A stretch of 64,000 nucleotides of DNA from Octopus vulgaris (taxonomy: Eukaryota), in contig OX597828.1 in assembly GCA_951406725.2 (NCBI GenBank), forward strand, positions 18,848,001 through 18,912,000, in the 5' to 3' direction. This document shows positions 41,674 to 54,600 of the stretch, in pieces; the first letter of the stretch is position 1, and each line of letters starts with the position of its first letter. Below the pieces are notes generated by a model. The model had not been told where the DNA came from and made no database searches. It saw only the letters and a list, made by a program, of their open reading frames with translations. A program made the translations under genes and the position numbers.

Positions 41674-42240
41674 GTATATCTAGAATTACATTTTATCTGA
41701 TATGTCCTTTCATTATTAATGATGTAATGGTGCGACCTGAGAGAATGTGGCTGTTATTTCTAGCAGGTCACGCGACTGAGTAACATCCCCCCCCCTCCTC
41801 TCTCACTCACTGAGTCCCAGCTGTCAGTCCCAACTGAACTGATAGACGTTTTTCATATCCAGCGATTTGAAGATGATTTGGTTGCTATTTCTAGTCGATC
41901 GGCCGACCTCATTGGATTGTCCTTCCCTTTCCTTAAACGATGTCGAGTATTTAACAGTTATTTCTTAGCAGTTCGAACTATCTTATTGCCTAATATTGTA
42001 TTTGTGGCCGTTTAGTCCCACCTCAGCAAGACATCCTGCAGCACAGAGAGCTGGAATCAAAGATACGTGTTCCCACCATGACCATCACGTCTTTATATTT
42101 TCCTGATATTTAAGACTACTTGCAATGTCCCATGTGATCTTCCATTTCTGTTAAACCAGAAAGGTGTTATCTGAGTGAATTTAGTTAGCTGCTATTTCTA
42201 GCGCATCAAGTAGCTTATCCAGAGTCTCTCATCTTTCTCT
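41150..42240. mobile_element. Two family B SINEs (+) and reverse-oriented family D fragments
   Basis: gagctcaaatcccgatcaggtcgac...gtcgataaaataaagtaccag; gctg.tatttctag motifs at ~41750, 41883 and 42190. Confidence 0.7.
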
Positions 42241-42725
42241 CCCTGCGTGTTGTCTTGAATATTCAAAATTTGATATTGTATGTGTGTGTATATATTTGTG
42301 TGTGTGTGTGTGTAATTTATGTGTATGTATGTGTGTGTGTGTGTGTATGTTTGTGTGTTTGTATTAATGTATATATGTAAGGATGTGTGTGTGTGTATTT
42401 ATGCGTACGTGTGTGTATATGTGCATGTGTGTGTATATTTATGCGTACGTGTGTGTATATCTGTATGCATGTGTGTGTGTATGTACATGAAAATGTGTGT
42501 TTGTATTGTTATCTATGTGTAATATATGTGCCTACACATATACACATTTATGTATATATGTGCTGTGTGTATGTGTATGTATATATATCTGTGTGCGTGT
42601 GTGTGTGTGTGTAAATATGTATATACATGCATGCTTGCATATAACTATGCATATACATACACAATTTTAAGGCGTTTCTTTCCATTTAAAAATAAATGGT
42701 TTTTATTTTTGAATTTAGTTATATA

Positions 42726-42780
<55 letters not shown>

Positions 42781-42785
42781 ATACG

Positions 42786-42824
<39 letters not shown>

Positions 42825-43429
42825 GCATACACACATACACTTTCCATTTAAAAATAACTGGTTTTTATTTTTGAATTTAGTTATATATATATATGTGTGA
42901 GTGTGTATATATATATATATATACATACATACACACATACATATGCATGTATATATATATATATATACATATACATGCATACACACATACACATATACAC
43001 TTATACATATGTATGTATCTGGGGTTTTTTTGTTGCTTGTTTGTTTTTTGTTTTTATTTTCTTTCCCTTAACCAATATTATAAGCATCATAAAAATACGT
43101 ATGTAAAGTCTTTTGCTCTGTGAGTTTGTTGTCTGCAAAATAAGCATAGTTCGGCAATTTTACAATGGCAGGGTGGCAGAGATGTGGGTGGTGAATTGAA
43201 ACGTTATATGGACTCTCTTTGTATTACATTCCATAAAGATCTTCTATTTCTAAATATCGATTTTTAAGATTTTTTTTCAGGTTTTGTTTTTATCATATTG
43301 TTTTTCAATTTTTCAAAAAAAAAAAAAAAAAGTTTTTTTTTTTCTTTTTTGCACTCGGTACATGAAGAAGGGAAAAAAAATATTGTGCAAGGGAGGATGA
43401 TGATAGGCAATTTGTATACAGGCTGTAAT

Positions 43430-46400
43430 ATAGATGCTAGAGTGGCTGAGTGGTTAAGGAGTTAAGTTTGCAATCCTGAAATTATGGGTTCAATCCCATT
43501 GCATGATACCTTTGGCAAGTGCCCTTTTTCTTTTTTCTTTTTTTTTTGGGCTGTAGTTTCAATTTGATCCAAGCTTTATCAAAGAAACTAAATAAAGGAG
43601 AAACTGCAAGGAAGCCTCTTGGATGGAATTGTACGTTTTAATTTCAAGGTTTGGCCCTGTCACATCACTGCATCATACAAATTAAGGGTATATATGGCTA
43701 TGGAATATTCAACCTCTGTTATGTTGATTCAGTGAACAAGTAACAATTGAATATATATTGCTGAAATCAACAGGGATCCATTTTATAAATTCCGATCTGT
43801 AAATTTAATAGGATGGAGGACAGAACAAATCTGATTAAGCATGGCTGTATGGTTAAGAATCTCACTTTGCAACCATGCTGTTATGGGTTCAATTCCACTG
43901 TGTTGTACCTTTGTAGGCAGTTGTTGTCTGTTGTAGTCCCAGGCCAACCAATGCCTTGTGAGTGAATTTGGTAAACAGAAATTGTGGGGAATCCATGATT
44001 TACGTGTGCACATGCAAAGTGTGTGTGTGTATGGCCTTGTGTGTGTGTATGACTTTGTGTGTGTGTTTGTCCCACCACTGCTTGACAAAAGTGTTGGTTT
44101 GTTTATGTCCCCATGATTTAGCAGTTTAGCAAAAGAGATCGATAGAATAAGTAGCAGGCATGAAAAAAACTACTAGGGCATATTTGTTCAAGTGAACCCT
44201 TTGAGACAGTGCCCCAGCATGGCCACAGTCCAGTGATTGAAACAAGTAAAAGATTAAAGATAAATGATAGTCAATGCACTCCAAAATATTTGGTGGAATG
44301 AATGACCAAATTTGACCTCAGCAGAGGCCTAAACTCAAAGTTAAAAATACCAAATTCATAAGGTATAATTAACCAGTGGAATCGTTTGTTTCTTAGTTGT
44401 GCTGAAGGACAAAGCTGGCACCTGCTGTGGAAATTGAAATTGAAAGATCCAAAAAAGATGATAGATATAATTAAGTTGGCCTTAAGATGAAAGGACTGGC
44501 TTTAGGAAGGGCATCCAGCCGTAGAAACCTTGCCAAATAAGATTGGAACCTGGTGCAGCACCCCAGCTTACCAGTTTTCGGTCAAACTGTCCAATCCATG
44601 CCAGCATGGAAAATGGACATTAAATGATGATGATGATGGTGGTGGTGGTGGTGGTGATGATGATGATGACAATGATGATGATGACGATGATGATGATGAC
44701 GATGATGACAATGGCGGGCGGTTTGATTCCACTGGAATATGAACTTATAACAAAAAATACCTGAAATGTTGAGGCATATGTTTTAGTGGTTAGGGTATGT
44801 GGCTCACAGCCATAAGGTTGCGAGTTCAATTTTCAGCAGTGCACTATGCCCTCCAGCAAGACACTTTATTTCAAGTTACCCCCAGTTCATCAGCTGGCAA
44901 AAGTTAGTTCTACCTGTATCTCAAAGGGCCGGTCTTGTCACATTCCGTGTCATACTGAATCCCCCACCTGAGAGCTAAATTAAGGGTGCATCTGTCTGTG
45001 CATTGCTCAGCCACTTGCATGTTAATGTCACAAATAGCTTATTCTATTGATCGTGTCAAGGGGAACCCTCACCATCATAACTGACAGAAACTCCCAGTTC
45101 AGCAGTGGCAGCTAATGTTCCAACTGAACCAAAGAAACTGTTTCCATTGGTTTTCGAAATTATTGAGTGTATCTTCCAGCAGCAACTTCTTTTAGAGTTG
45201 TCACCAGTGTTTTGGGTAATGGCATGACCATCTTGTTAAGAGCTTGCTTCTGAAACATGTGATCTCAGATTCAACACTCGGTGCACATGCCTGCTCAAAT
45301 TCACAGTGCCTTCTTTGGAATTTTCTTTAGGAATATTAGTTTTGGTTTATGAATATTTCAAGTGACAAATTGCTTCAGGAAGAAATTAAATTTCTTAGGA
45401 GAACCAAGGTTCTCCTAAGGCGTAGGAGTGGCTGTGTGGTAAGTAGCGTGCTTACCAACCACATGGTTCTGAGTTCGCTCCCACTGTGTGGCACCTTGGG
45501 CAAGTGACTTCTACTATAGCCTCGGGCCAACCAAAGCCTTGTGAGTGGATTTGGTAGACAGAAACTGAAAGAAGCCCGTCGTATATGTGTGCGTATATGT
45601 TTGTGTGTTTGTGTTTGTCCCCCCCCCCCCAACATCGCTTGACAACCAAAGCTGGTCTGTTTATGTCCCCATAACTTAGTGGTTCGGCAAAAGAGACCGA
45701 TAGAATAAATCTAGGCCCACAAAGAATAAGTCCTGGGGTCGATTTGCTCAACTAAATAAAAGCAGTGCTCCAGCATTGCCACAGTCAAATGACTGAAACA
45801 AAAGAGTAAAAGAGTATATATATATATATATATATATATAAAGGTAAAAAGGGTAAGGACACACTTCAATCATGAATGACCATGGAATTGCACCTAGAAA
45901 GTTACCCTCTAAAGCACAAGTCTAGTCAAGGTTGTTTATGGAAGTCGCCCATTCCTACCAGCCACCCCTCTCCACGCCACTGATGTTATCCAAGGGAAAG
46001 GCAAAGGCCGATACAGCTTGGCACCAGTGATATCACAACTCATTTCTGTAGCTCAGCGAACTGGAGCAACATGAAATAAAGTGTCTTGCTCAAGAACACA
46101 ACACACAGCCTTGTCTGAGAATCAAACTCATTACCTCGTGATTATGAGCCTGACACTCTAACCACTGAGTCAAGCACCTTGTATGTATGTGTATATATGT
46201 ATATATATATATATGTATATATATATACATATATAAATATATATATATTGTGTGAGTGTATACCCTTGTCTTGACATCACATGATGGTTGTAAATGAGCA
46301 TCACCATCATACAAGCAGGGTTGTTCATTTCTAACTTTGTGCCAAAGAAAGAAATCATTTATATCCAAATTAGCCCTTCTCCATTGATCTCCAGATCAAC

Positions 46401-46650
46401 TTTGATTGGGCAGACTTGTAATCAAAGACATTCTGGCCTTGACTATTCGATGTTGTTCTTTTATTTTAACGTTAACGACGACAGGCTGTGATTTGAGGGA
46501 GATTTGACTGCTACTTCCTGGAAGTTGATCAGCTGTGCAGAGGCTACTATTTTAGCTCAACATTTGGCGTTAGGAAGGGTAGCCATCTGGTTCGCCAGCC
46601 CTCAGTCAAAATCGTCCAACCCATGCTAGCATGGAAAGCAGACGTTAAAC
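43430..46650. mobile_element. Cluster of older SINEs (families A, C, CORE-like) and RTE-tail fragments
   Basis: Family A at 43838-44260 and 45418-45815; CORE-like at 44770-45090 and 45860-46180 (-); RTE tails ending in (GAT)n at 44500-44710 and 46565-46675. Confidence 0.75.
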
Positions 46651-47279
46651 AATGATGATGATGATGATGATATGATGTCACTGAAACATACACACACACA
46701 CACACACACACAAAATATGTACTTAGTGTTCAATTTGAACCTGGGACCAACAGTACCATTGCTTTTTCCTATTAACACTCAACCTCAGCTTTATAATTTC
46801 TTCTGATAAGGTAAAATAAAAATAGAGATTTTGTGTAGGATATTTACAGTTTGAGTAAATGGCCCCAATTATATTACTGGTACAATTATTTAATCAGTCT
46901 TTCCGAAGGGATCAAAAAAGGAAACTCAGTGACTACAAACTAAGTATCATTGATGTATATTTGTATTTGCATATATGTGTATAAGTGTGTGTGTGTGTGT
47001 GTGTATGTGTGTGTTTAAGTCACAATATATGGATTCAAGTAATTTGTGATAGTCCTCATAAAATGTACCATTCTACTAAATATATAGAATGTATAGTATG
47101 ATACAAGAGAAAATGATAAGTTACGAAACAATTTGTTGTAAAATTAGAATTTCCTTATTGTCAAATAAAATTTCCTGAAACTATTTCCGTCGTTTGTGAC
47201 TTTATACAAAATTAATATAAACAGCAGGTTGCAATGTTTCACCATTTGACCGATATTTGTCCTCATCTTGTTTATTGTT

Positions 47280-47325
47280 AACTCAACGTTTCGGCTGATA
47301 TACCCTCCAGCCTTCATCAGGTGTC
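47280..47325 (-). ncRNA. Minimal type I hammerhead ribozyme-like motif (canonical CUGAUGA core) in a Penelope-like module
   Basis: Minus strand reads GACAC-CTGATGA-A-GGCTG-GAGGGTATAT-CAGCC-GAAA-C-GTT-GAGTT: stem II GGCUG/CAGCC; stem I GACAC/GAGUU has one mismatch. Confidence 0.65.
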
Positions 47326-47699
47326 TTGGGGAAATTTCGAACCTAGGTTCTCATTCCTAAGGTATATGTTTCGATGTTGTTATTATTATTATTATTCAGG
47401 TCACTGCTTGGAATTGAACTTGGAATCTTGGGGTTAGTTGCCCGTGCTCTTAACCTCTACGCCATATGTCACTAAATGTGATTAGGATGTTAAAAATGTG
47501 ATTAGAGTGTTCTACATTGCTAGAAATAAGAGCTAAAATGCTCTAATACTGTAGTTAATGCACATGAATGAAAATATATGTTCTAACAGGGACCATAATT
47601 GCCTGAAAAATGCTGACTGAGAATTCTTAAGACTGACGTCAGTTTTGGCAATTTCCGTTGCCATCATCAGTTATATCTGTCCCCCTATCTTAGTTTGGT

Positions 47700-48010
47700 G
47701 AAGGCTCATGGCTCAGTGGTTAGAGCATCAAGCTTACGATTGTGCGGTTGTGAGTTCAATTCTCAGACCGGGCTGCATGCTGTGTTCTTGAGCAAGACAC
47801 TTTACTTTATGTAGAAATGAGTTGCGACATCACTGGTGCCAAGCTGTATCAGTCTTTGCCTTTGTCTTGAATAACATTGGTGGCATGAAGAGGGGAAGCC
47901 GGTATGCATAGGCGACTGTTGGTCTTCCATTATCAACCTTGTCTGGACTTGTGCCTCAGAGGGTAATCCCATGGCCATTCATGACCAAAGGAGGTCACCT
48001 TCACCTTTTA
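47700..48010 (+). mobile_element. Family C tRNA-derived CORE-like SINE
   Basis: tggctcagtggttagagc (A box) ... gagttcaattct (B box) ... tgtgttcttgagcaagacactt (CORE-like). Confidence 0.8.
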
Positions 48011-48489
48011 TCATAGTTTAGTCTCTCATGACTTGGCATAAAGACCCTTCAATGCTCCCCACCTCTGTTGGGGGCAATCTTGTCTTGTGAGTTACTTGGT
48101 GATCTCACTTGTGGTGGTCCCACATTGAAAGCACCCCGTCTACTCTGTAAAGTGGTTGGCATAGGGACAATCATGCGTCCACAGGAACCATGCTGAAGCA
48201 GACATTGGAGTTTTGGTTCAGTCTTCTGCGTCACCAGTTTCTGTTAAACCGGCAAACACATACCAGTATAAAAGAAAGCGAAAAACTGATGTTAAATGAT
48301 GATAATTGTGTGTGTGTGTGTGTGTGTGTGTGAGGTTGGTGATTCCATTAAATACGGAAGGAACTACAATTAAAGTAAGATGCTCAATATAACACGTACT
48401 TGGAATATTAATTTATTTAATAAGTGGTAATTTCTGTACTAGATCTTATTGCATTCATATATGTGTGAGTGTGTGTGTGTGTGTGAGTG

Positions 48490-49104
48490 AGTGTACATGT
48501 AGTAGTCAAGAAATTTGCTTCCTGGTCATGGTTTCCGGTTCATGGCACCCACCTTGGACAAGTGTCTTCTATTGTCAAAGGCTGATCAAAGCCTTATGAG
48601 TGAATTTGATAGACAGAAACATAAAGAAATGTGTGTGTGTGTGTGTGTGTGTATTTATGTTCATGTGGATATGTGTGTACGTGGGTGTTTGTGTTAGTGT
48701 TTACCTTTGTCTTGCTGTTGCGTAAGTTGTTGTAAATGAGCATCACCATCATACAAGCAGTGTCCTTTTGTTTCCAATCTTCCACAAAAACATGTCTATC
48801 CATGGGAAAGATTATGAAGATGTTGAGCCGGCAGAACCGTTACTACACTGAGCAGAAATGCTTAGCGGCATTTCATCCATCTTTACATTCTGAGTTCACA
48901 TTCCACCGAGGTCAACTTTGCCCTTTGTCCTTTTGAGGTCGATACAAGAAGTACCACATGAGTGCCATGGTCAATGTAATCGACTTACTCTCAACCCCAC
49001 AATTGCTGGCCTTGTGCCAAATATTGAAACCAAGATATACATACTAATGTGTGCGTGTGTATGTGTAAGCATGTTTTATATGCATAGATGTATGTGTGTA
49101 TGTA

Positions 49105-49152
<48 letters not shown>

Positions 49153-50597
49153 ACAGTATAGGAGTGTGGTTAGGAAGTTTGCTTTACAACAAGTTAATTT
49201 TGGGTTCAATCCCAGGGCATTATCTTTAGCATGTTTTCTCCTAAAGCCTTGAATGGACCAATTTGGAAGACAACCTATGCGAAAGTCTGTCATGTGTGTG
49301 TGTGTGTGTGTGTGTGTAAGTGTTTGGATGTCTTTCACCAGTGTATATTGAATAGGTGTAAACATCCTTGGAAAAATTAAAAAAAACAGAAACCAGAGTT
49401 TTATGTCCATTTACCCATGACATATTTGTTCTGCATCAAGTTACAGACACTCCCTTGGCTCTGTTTTGATCTGTTGAAAGTTTAAACAATAAATCTATGC
49501 CCCATCTATCGCAATATAAATTAAATACATGATACCTTGCGAGTGAATTTACTGGGTGGAAACTGTGAAGAAGCTTTTCGTGTGTGTGTGTCTTTGATCG
49601 CTGATGTTGGTGTGTGTTTGATAGCTGCTGTTGGTTTGCTTGCATCCGCACAAGTCGATGGTTCAACCACGAGAGACTGACAGATTTAGTACCAGACCTA
49701 AATTAAAGCTTTAATGTTGATTTGATTGACTGACATATTCAAGGCAGTGCCCCAGCATGGTCGCAATTCAGACTGACACAAGTATGATAATATGTCATTG
49801 TTTAGTCCCAGGACAGTCATAATTGAGGAGAACCCTAATAAAAAGTGTTTCAAGTTTCACTCACCTGTCTTCTGCATTTCAGACAAGGGAACATATTATC
49901 CAGTGCCCTTCCTTTCTTTTAAACTATAGAGTGTGATTTGATGGAAACTTGGCTACTATTTTTAGCACATCCATCTAATAACGTAAAAGAACTTTTCGCT
50001 CATGCATTTGCGTATGTGCATACATATAAATATGTGTGTATGTCTATATGTGTGTGTGTGTTTGGTAAGAAGCTTCCTTCCCAGCCATTTGGTTCCAGGA
50101 TCAGTCCCACTGTATGGCATCTTGGGCTGATCAAAGCCTTCTGAGTGGATCTGGTACATGGAAACTGAAAGAAGCCCATCATATGTATATATATATAAGG
50201 TGCTGAGCTGGCAGAATTGTTAGAATGCTGGATGAAATTCTTAACAGTATTTCGCCCATCGCTATATTCTGGGTTCAAATTCCACCGAGGTCACCTTTGC
50301 CTTTCATCCTTTCGGGGTTGATAAATTAAGTACCAGTGAAACCCTGGGGTTGATGTCATCGACTAGTCCCCTACTCGCCAAATTTCAGGCCTTGTGCCTA
50401 TAGTAGAAAGGATATGTGTGTGTCTGTGTGTGTTTGTGCCCCTTCACCATTGCTTGACAACTGATGTTGGTGTATTTACATCCCCATAACTTAGCAGTTC
50501 AGCAAAAGAGACCAATTGAATAAATGCTAGGCTTACAAAAAATAAGTCCTGGGGTTGATTTGTTCGACTAAAGGTGGTGCTCCAGCATGGCCACAGA
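48490..50597 (+). mobile_element. Nested, decayed family A and B SINE fragments
   Basis: Family A at 50060-50597 is interrupted by a family B copy at 50198-50410; further fragments at 48500-48630, 48820-49030 and 49160-49780. Confidence 0.7.
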
Positions 50598-51397
50598 AGT
50601 AATTTTACCTTGTCCTTATTGTCAGTGCAAGTTTTGAAGAGTGTAGTTCGATTTTAAAAGTTATTTTTTCAAAGCTATAATGGAAGTGACAAAGGAGCAT
50701 ATTCGGCATATTTTGCTTTATGAGTTCAATAAAGTCAACAATACAAAAGAAAGTGTGAAGGACATTAATGCAGCATATGGAGATCAGACATATACGTGGG
50801 TAGTTCCAGAAATTCTGAGCCAGAAACTACTGCCTAGAAGATGAGCCTCGTCCTGGAAGATCTGTAGAGCTCAATGAAGATGTCCTGCAAACCCTGGTGG
50901 ATCAAAATCCCATCATAACTGTTGAGGAACTAGCAGAAAAGCTTGGATTTGGTCATTCAACCATTCATTAACACCTGCATTAGAAGCCAAACGACCATCT
51001 TTGGTTTCAAGATGAAAGGTGTTCTTCGCTCAGAATAATACTTGGTCACGTACAGTGAGGATGACATTCCAAAGGCTGGAGCAGTTTGAATGGGAAACGA
51101 TGCTCCGCCCATCATATTTGCTGGACATTGTCCCATATGATTATCATTTATTCTGCAGTCTTCAAAATCATTTGGATAGAAGAAATATGAATTCTGTAGA
51201 AGAGGTCAGAACAGTACTAGAGGAATATTTTTCGTCACGGGCAAGTAAATTTTAGAAGAGGGGCCTTGCAAGTCTACCAGATAGAGCTTTATAGAAAATG
51301 AAGGAGAGTATATTTTAGATTAAAAAGAGATTTGTTTGTCTTAAGTTTGAAAAATAAAAGAAGTATAAAAAACTGCATTATTTATGGGATAACCCAA
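50597..51397 (+). mobile_element. Decayed, internally deleted mariner transposon (transposase pseudogene 50680-51323)
   Basis: MEVTKEHIRHILLYEFNK...LEDEPRPGRSVELNEDVLQTLVDQNPIITVEELAEKLGFGHSTIH, then RPSYLLDIVPYDYHLFCSLQNHL (YSPDLAPSDYHLF-type motif) ...ENEGEYILD*; 3' terminus ...ttatttatgggataacccaa|TA. Confidence 0.88.
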
Positions 51398-51924
51398 TAC
51401 ATCGATCAATCACAACCCCTTACCACTTGGAAGCTGTATGTATACACCAAAATGAACACTACATTCTCCTTCCATTTTTCTTAACAAACCTCATGTTTTT
51501 TCATCTGTCTTCCTCTTTGTCCATTCAACCAGCCTCCCCTTTGTGGTCTCCCTAAATCTCTTTTACTGGGAGGTTTGTCCAAGCATGACCGTTTGCACTC
51601 TGGCTTGGGTGTGGTGGTGTTGGCTGTTACAATGGACAAACCACTCCATTTTCTGCCTTGTAGCGTCCATGATTACAGAACAGCTTTGTGGTTTACAGTC
51701 TTCGTATCCATTTCTTTCTTAATATTGCTCTCATTAGCTGGTTTGATGTCCTGTATATGGAATGTGATTATGTCTGTGTGCACATATGTATATATGTGTG
51801 TGTATGTGTGTATACATTATTTTATATATATATATATGCTCACACATCTATATGAAGACATAGTTGTGTGTGCGTCTATATATATATATATATATATATA
51901 AATATATATATACACACACACACA

Positions 51925-52169
51925 CAGTGCTTGATCAAAATGGTTGTAAAGCATTTCAAAACACGGAGACTCAAACAATCCGTCTTGAAACGAGCACTTT
52001 GTAAACAAGATTTCGCTTCAATCGCAGACACTTTTCTGCTCTACAAATACTAATAACATCTGCAATAGGGCTTGTTTGCCTAAAGCCAGACTTACTAGTC
52101 ATATGAGATCCCCATGATGGCATTTACTAATGGAAGAGATGGCCTTCTTCTATAACAGAGTGGTAATCA

Positions 52170-52170
<1 letters not shown>
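51925..52170 (+). pseudogene. RTE LINE C-terminal fragment
   Basis: Translates to ...ICNRACLPKARLTSHMRSH, resembling the RTE C-terminal zinc-finger-like tail. Confidence 0.55.
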
Positions 52171-52214
<44 letters not shown>

Positions 52215-52215
52215 A

Positions 52216-52242
<27 letters not shown>

Positions 52243-52248
<6 letters not shown>

Positions 52249-52816
52249 TGCAGGAAGTAAATGAACACTTTTAATTTTCCAAATCTTTTATTTGATATTA
52301 ATTGGTTGACGGAGAGGTTTCCTTGTAGCTGCTCGTCCATAATACCCAAGCTTATGCAGATATGTAACACACATTCTTGGACTAACTTCTAGCTGTTTTG
52401 CAATGTCAGAATCCTTCAGACAGGGTTCATTTTCCACAATTCTCTTCAAACAGCAACGCTTCCTTTCCAAGGGCCCAGGTCAGCCATGAGAAGAATCTGT
52501 TGATTCTTTTCCTCGGCTTTTCAATTGCACTATAATTCTATTAACAGTAGCAAGAGGAATTTGAAGATTTTTGGCAATTTTTCACTGGCTAAGACCAGCC
52601 TGAGAGTACCCAACAATACAACCTCTTTGAAAATCTGATAGTACTGCTGAATTTTTTGTGCATGGCATGGTTACTCTTCACAAATGTTTAATATAATGAG
52701 ACCTGAAATGAAAAAGAATAATTACATTGTAAATTCTACACCGCTGAAAACATATTAAGACACTTAGATCAGAAATTTTGAAAATTAATGTTGTCTATTT
52801 ACTTCCTGCATGTCTG
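52243..52816 (-). mobile_element. Non-autonomous Tc1-like element with both TIRs and only the N-terminal DNA-binding part of the transposase
   Basis: TIRs CA(G/C)ACATGCAGGAAGTAAAT...TAATTTTC at both ends, TA flank at 52817-52818. Minus frame reads [45 protein letters not shown]...G*PG...LHKLGYYGRAATRKPL; no DDE domain. Confidence 0.85.
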
Positions 52817-52822
52817 TATGTA

Positions 52823-52952
<130 letters not shown>

Positions 52953-53037
52953 GTAAAGAGTAAAAGAGTATATATATATATACACACATATGTTAGCTAC
53001 TACACGCATTTTTTTCTCTCCTTGTTTTTTCTGTGTA

Positions 53038-53075
53038 TCTTTCTGTCGAAGAGCATAGGCTCGAAACGTAAAAGA
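53038..53075 (+). ncRNA. Minimal type I hammerhead ribozyme-like motif (core variant CUGUCGA) in a Penelope-like module (52990-53167)
   Basis: TCTTT-CTGTCGA-A-GAGC-ATAG-GCTC-GAAA-C-GTA-AAAGA: perfect 5-bp stem I, 4-bp stem II, GUA cleavage triplet. Confidence 0.62.
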
Positions 53076-53192
53076 CTTTTTCTATTCCCGAGCGCTATAC
53101 TAATACATTTGTTTGTTTGTACTCCACCTGCCTTCATCTTTTGTTTATTTTTGTAAACTTTCCCTTTATATATATATATATATATATATATA

Positions 53193-53252
<60 letters not shown>

Positions 53253-53269
53253 ATATATATACATACCTA

Positions 53270-53318
<49 letters not shown>

Positions 53319-53429
53319 GTGCATGTGGGTGTGTGGTAAGAAGCTTGCTTCCCAACCACATGGTTCCAGGTTCACTTCCACTGCTTGGCACCTTGGCTAA
53401 GTGTCTTTTACTATAGGCTCGGGCTAATG

Positions 53430-53675
53430 TAAAAGACACAAATGAGAATGATGAAAATGAACCTGAGCACTCTCAAAACTTAAGTAAAAAAAATAGAAAA
53501 GTGATCCAGAACCCTTGTCCGATACCAGATCAATCCCAAAATTTAATCAGTTTGTGCTAGTCACGAGGTCAAACGTCCCTGGAAGTTTCATCCAAATTCA
53601 TCCAGCACTTCTTGAGATATCTTGTCAAACAAACAAACAAACACGATTGAAAACAATACCTCAGTCTTGAGGAAT
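53430..53675 (+). mobile_element. Possible Helentron-associated (DINE/HINE-like) non-autonomous element fragment
   Basis: ...aagtttcatccaaattcatcc...ttcttgagatatcttg, short (ACAA)n tract, gaaaacaatacctc-agtctt-gagg terminal palindrome. Confidence 0.45.
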
Positions 53676-53944
53676 TTGAACCCTGAAATATGCAAGGCAC
53701 TTGGGTTAAATGCTCTAAATTATCTTGTTTGGCTCTCTGTTCTTTTTACCAATTCTGTTAGCTGTTTCTTGGTTGGTTTCTAAATATTGTGTCTCCAAAT
53801 CCTGAGAGATTTTATCGAAAAATGTCCAAGAATTACACTGGCGGTGCTCCAGCATGGCCATATACTTTCACCTGAAACATATGAAAGAATAAAAGACAGA
53901 ATGCAGATGGTGACTTATTGCCTTTATTATATGCGTATAAGCAA

Positions 53945-54600
53945 CCAAGGTAAAATGCTTAGTGGCATTTTGTCTGTCAGAGTTCTGAGTTCAGATTCAG
54001 CCGAGTTCAACTTTGTTTTTCATAAAATAAGTACCAGTTGACCACTGGGGTCGACTTAATTGACTTGCCCTCTTCCCCCGAAAGTGCTGGCCTTGTGTCA
54101 GAATTTGAAACCATTTTATGCGTATGTAAGGCAGCGAGCTGGCAGAATCATTTGCATGCCAAGGCAAGAAGGCGGCAAGTTGGCCGAGTCGTGAGCACGC
54201 CAGGCAAAATGCTTAGCGGTATTTCGTCTGTTTTTACGTCCTGAGTTCAAATTCTGCTGAGGTCAACTTTGCCTTTCGTCCTTTTGGGGAACGATAAATT
54301 AAGTACCAGTTACTTACTGGGGCCGATATAATCGACTTAATACCTATGTCTATCCTTGTTTGTCTTCTCTATGTTTAGCCCCTTGTGGGCAATAAAGAAA
54401 TAAGAATCATTTGTATGCCAAACAAAATACTCAGTGGCATTTCGTCCGTCATTATGCTCTGAGTTCAAATTCCACCAAGGTCAACTTTGCCTTTCTTCCT
54501 TTAGGGGTCAATAAAATAAGTACCAGTTGAGCGCTGGCATTGATATAATCAACTAGACCCTTCTCTAAAATTTCAGTCCTTGTGCCTATAGTATAAAAGA
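53945..54600 (+). mobile_element. Three tandem family B SINEs, CpG-decayed
   Basis: ttctgctgaggtcaactttgcc versus consensus ttccgccgaggtcgactttgcc. Confidence 0.8.
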
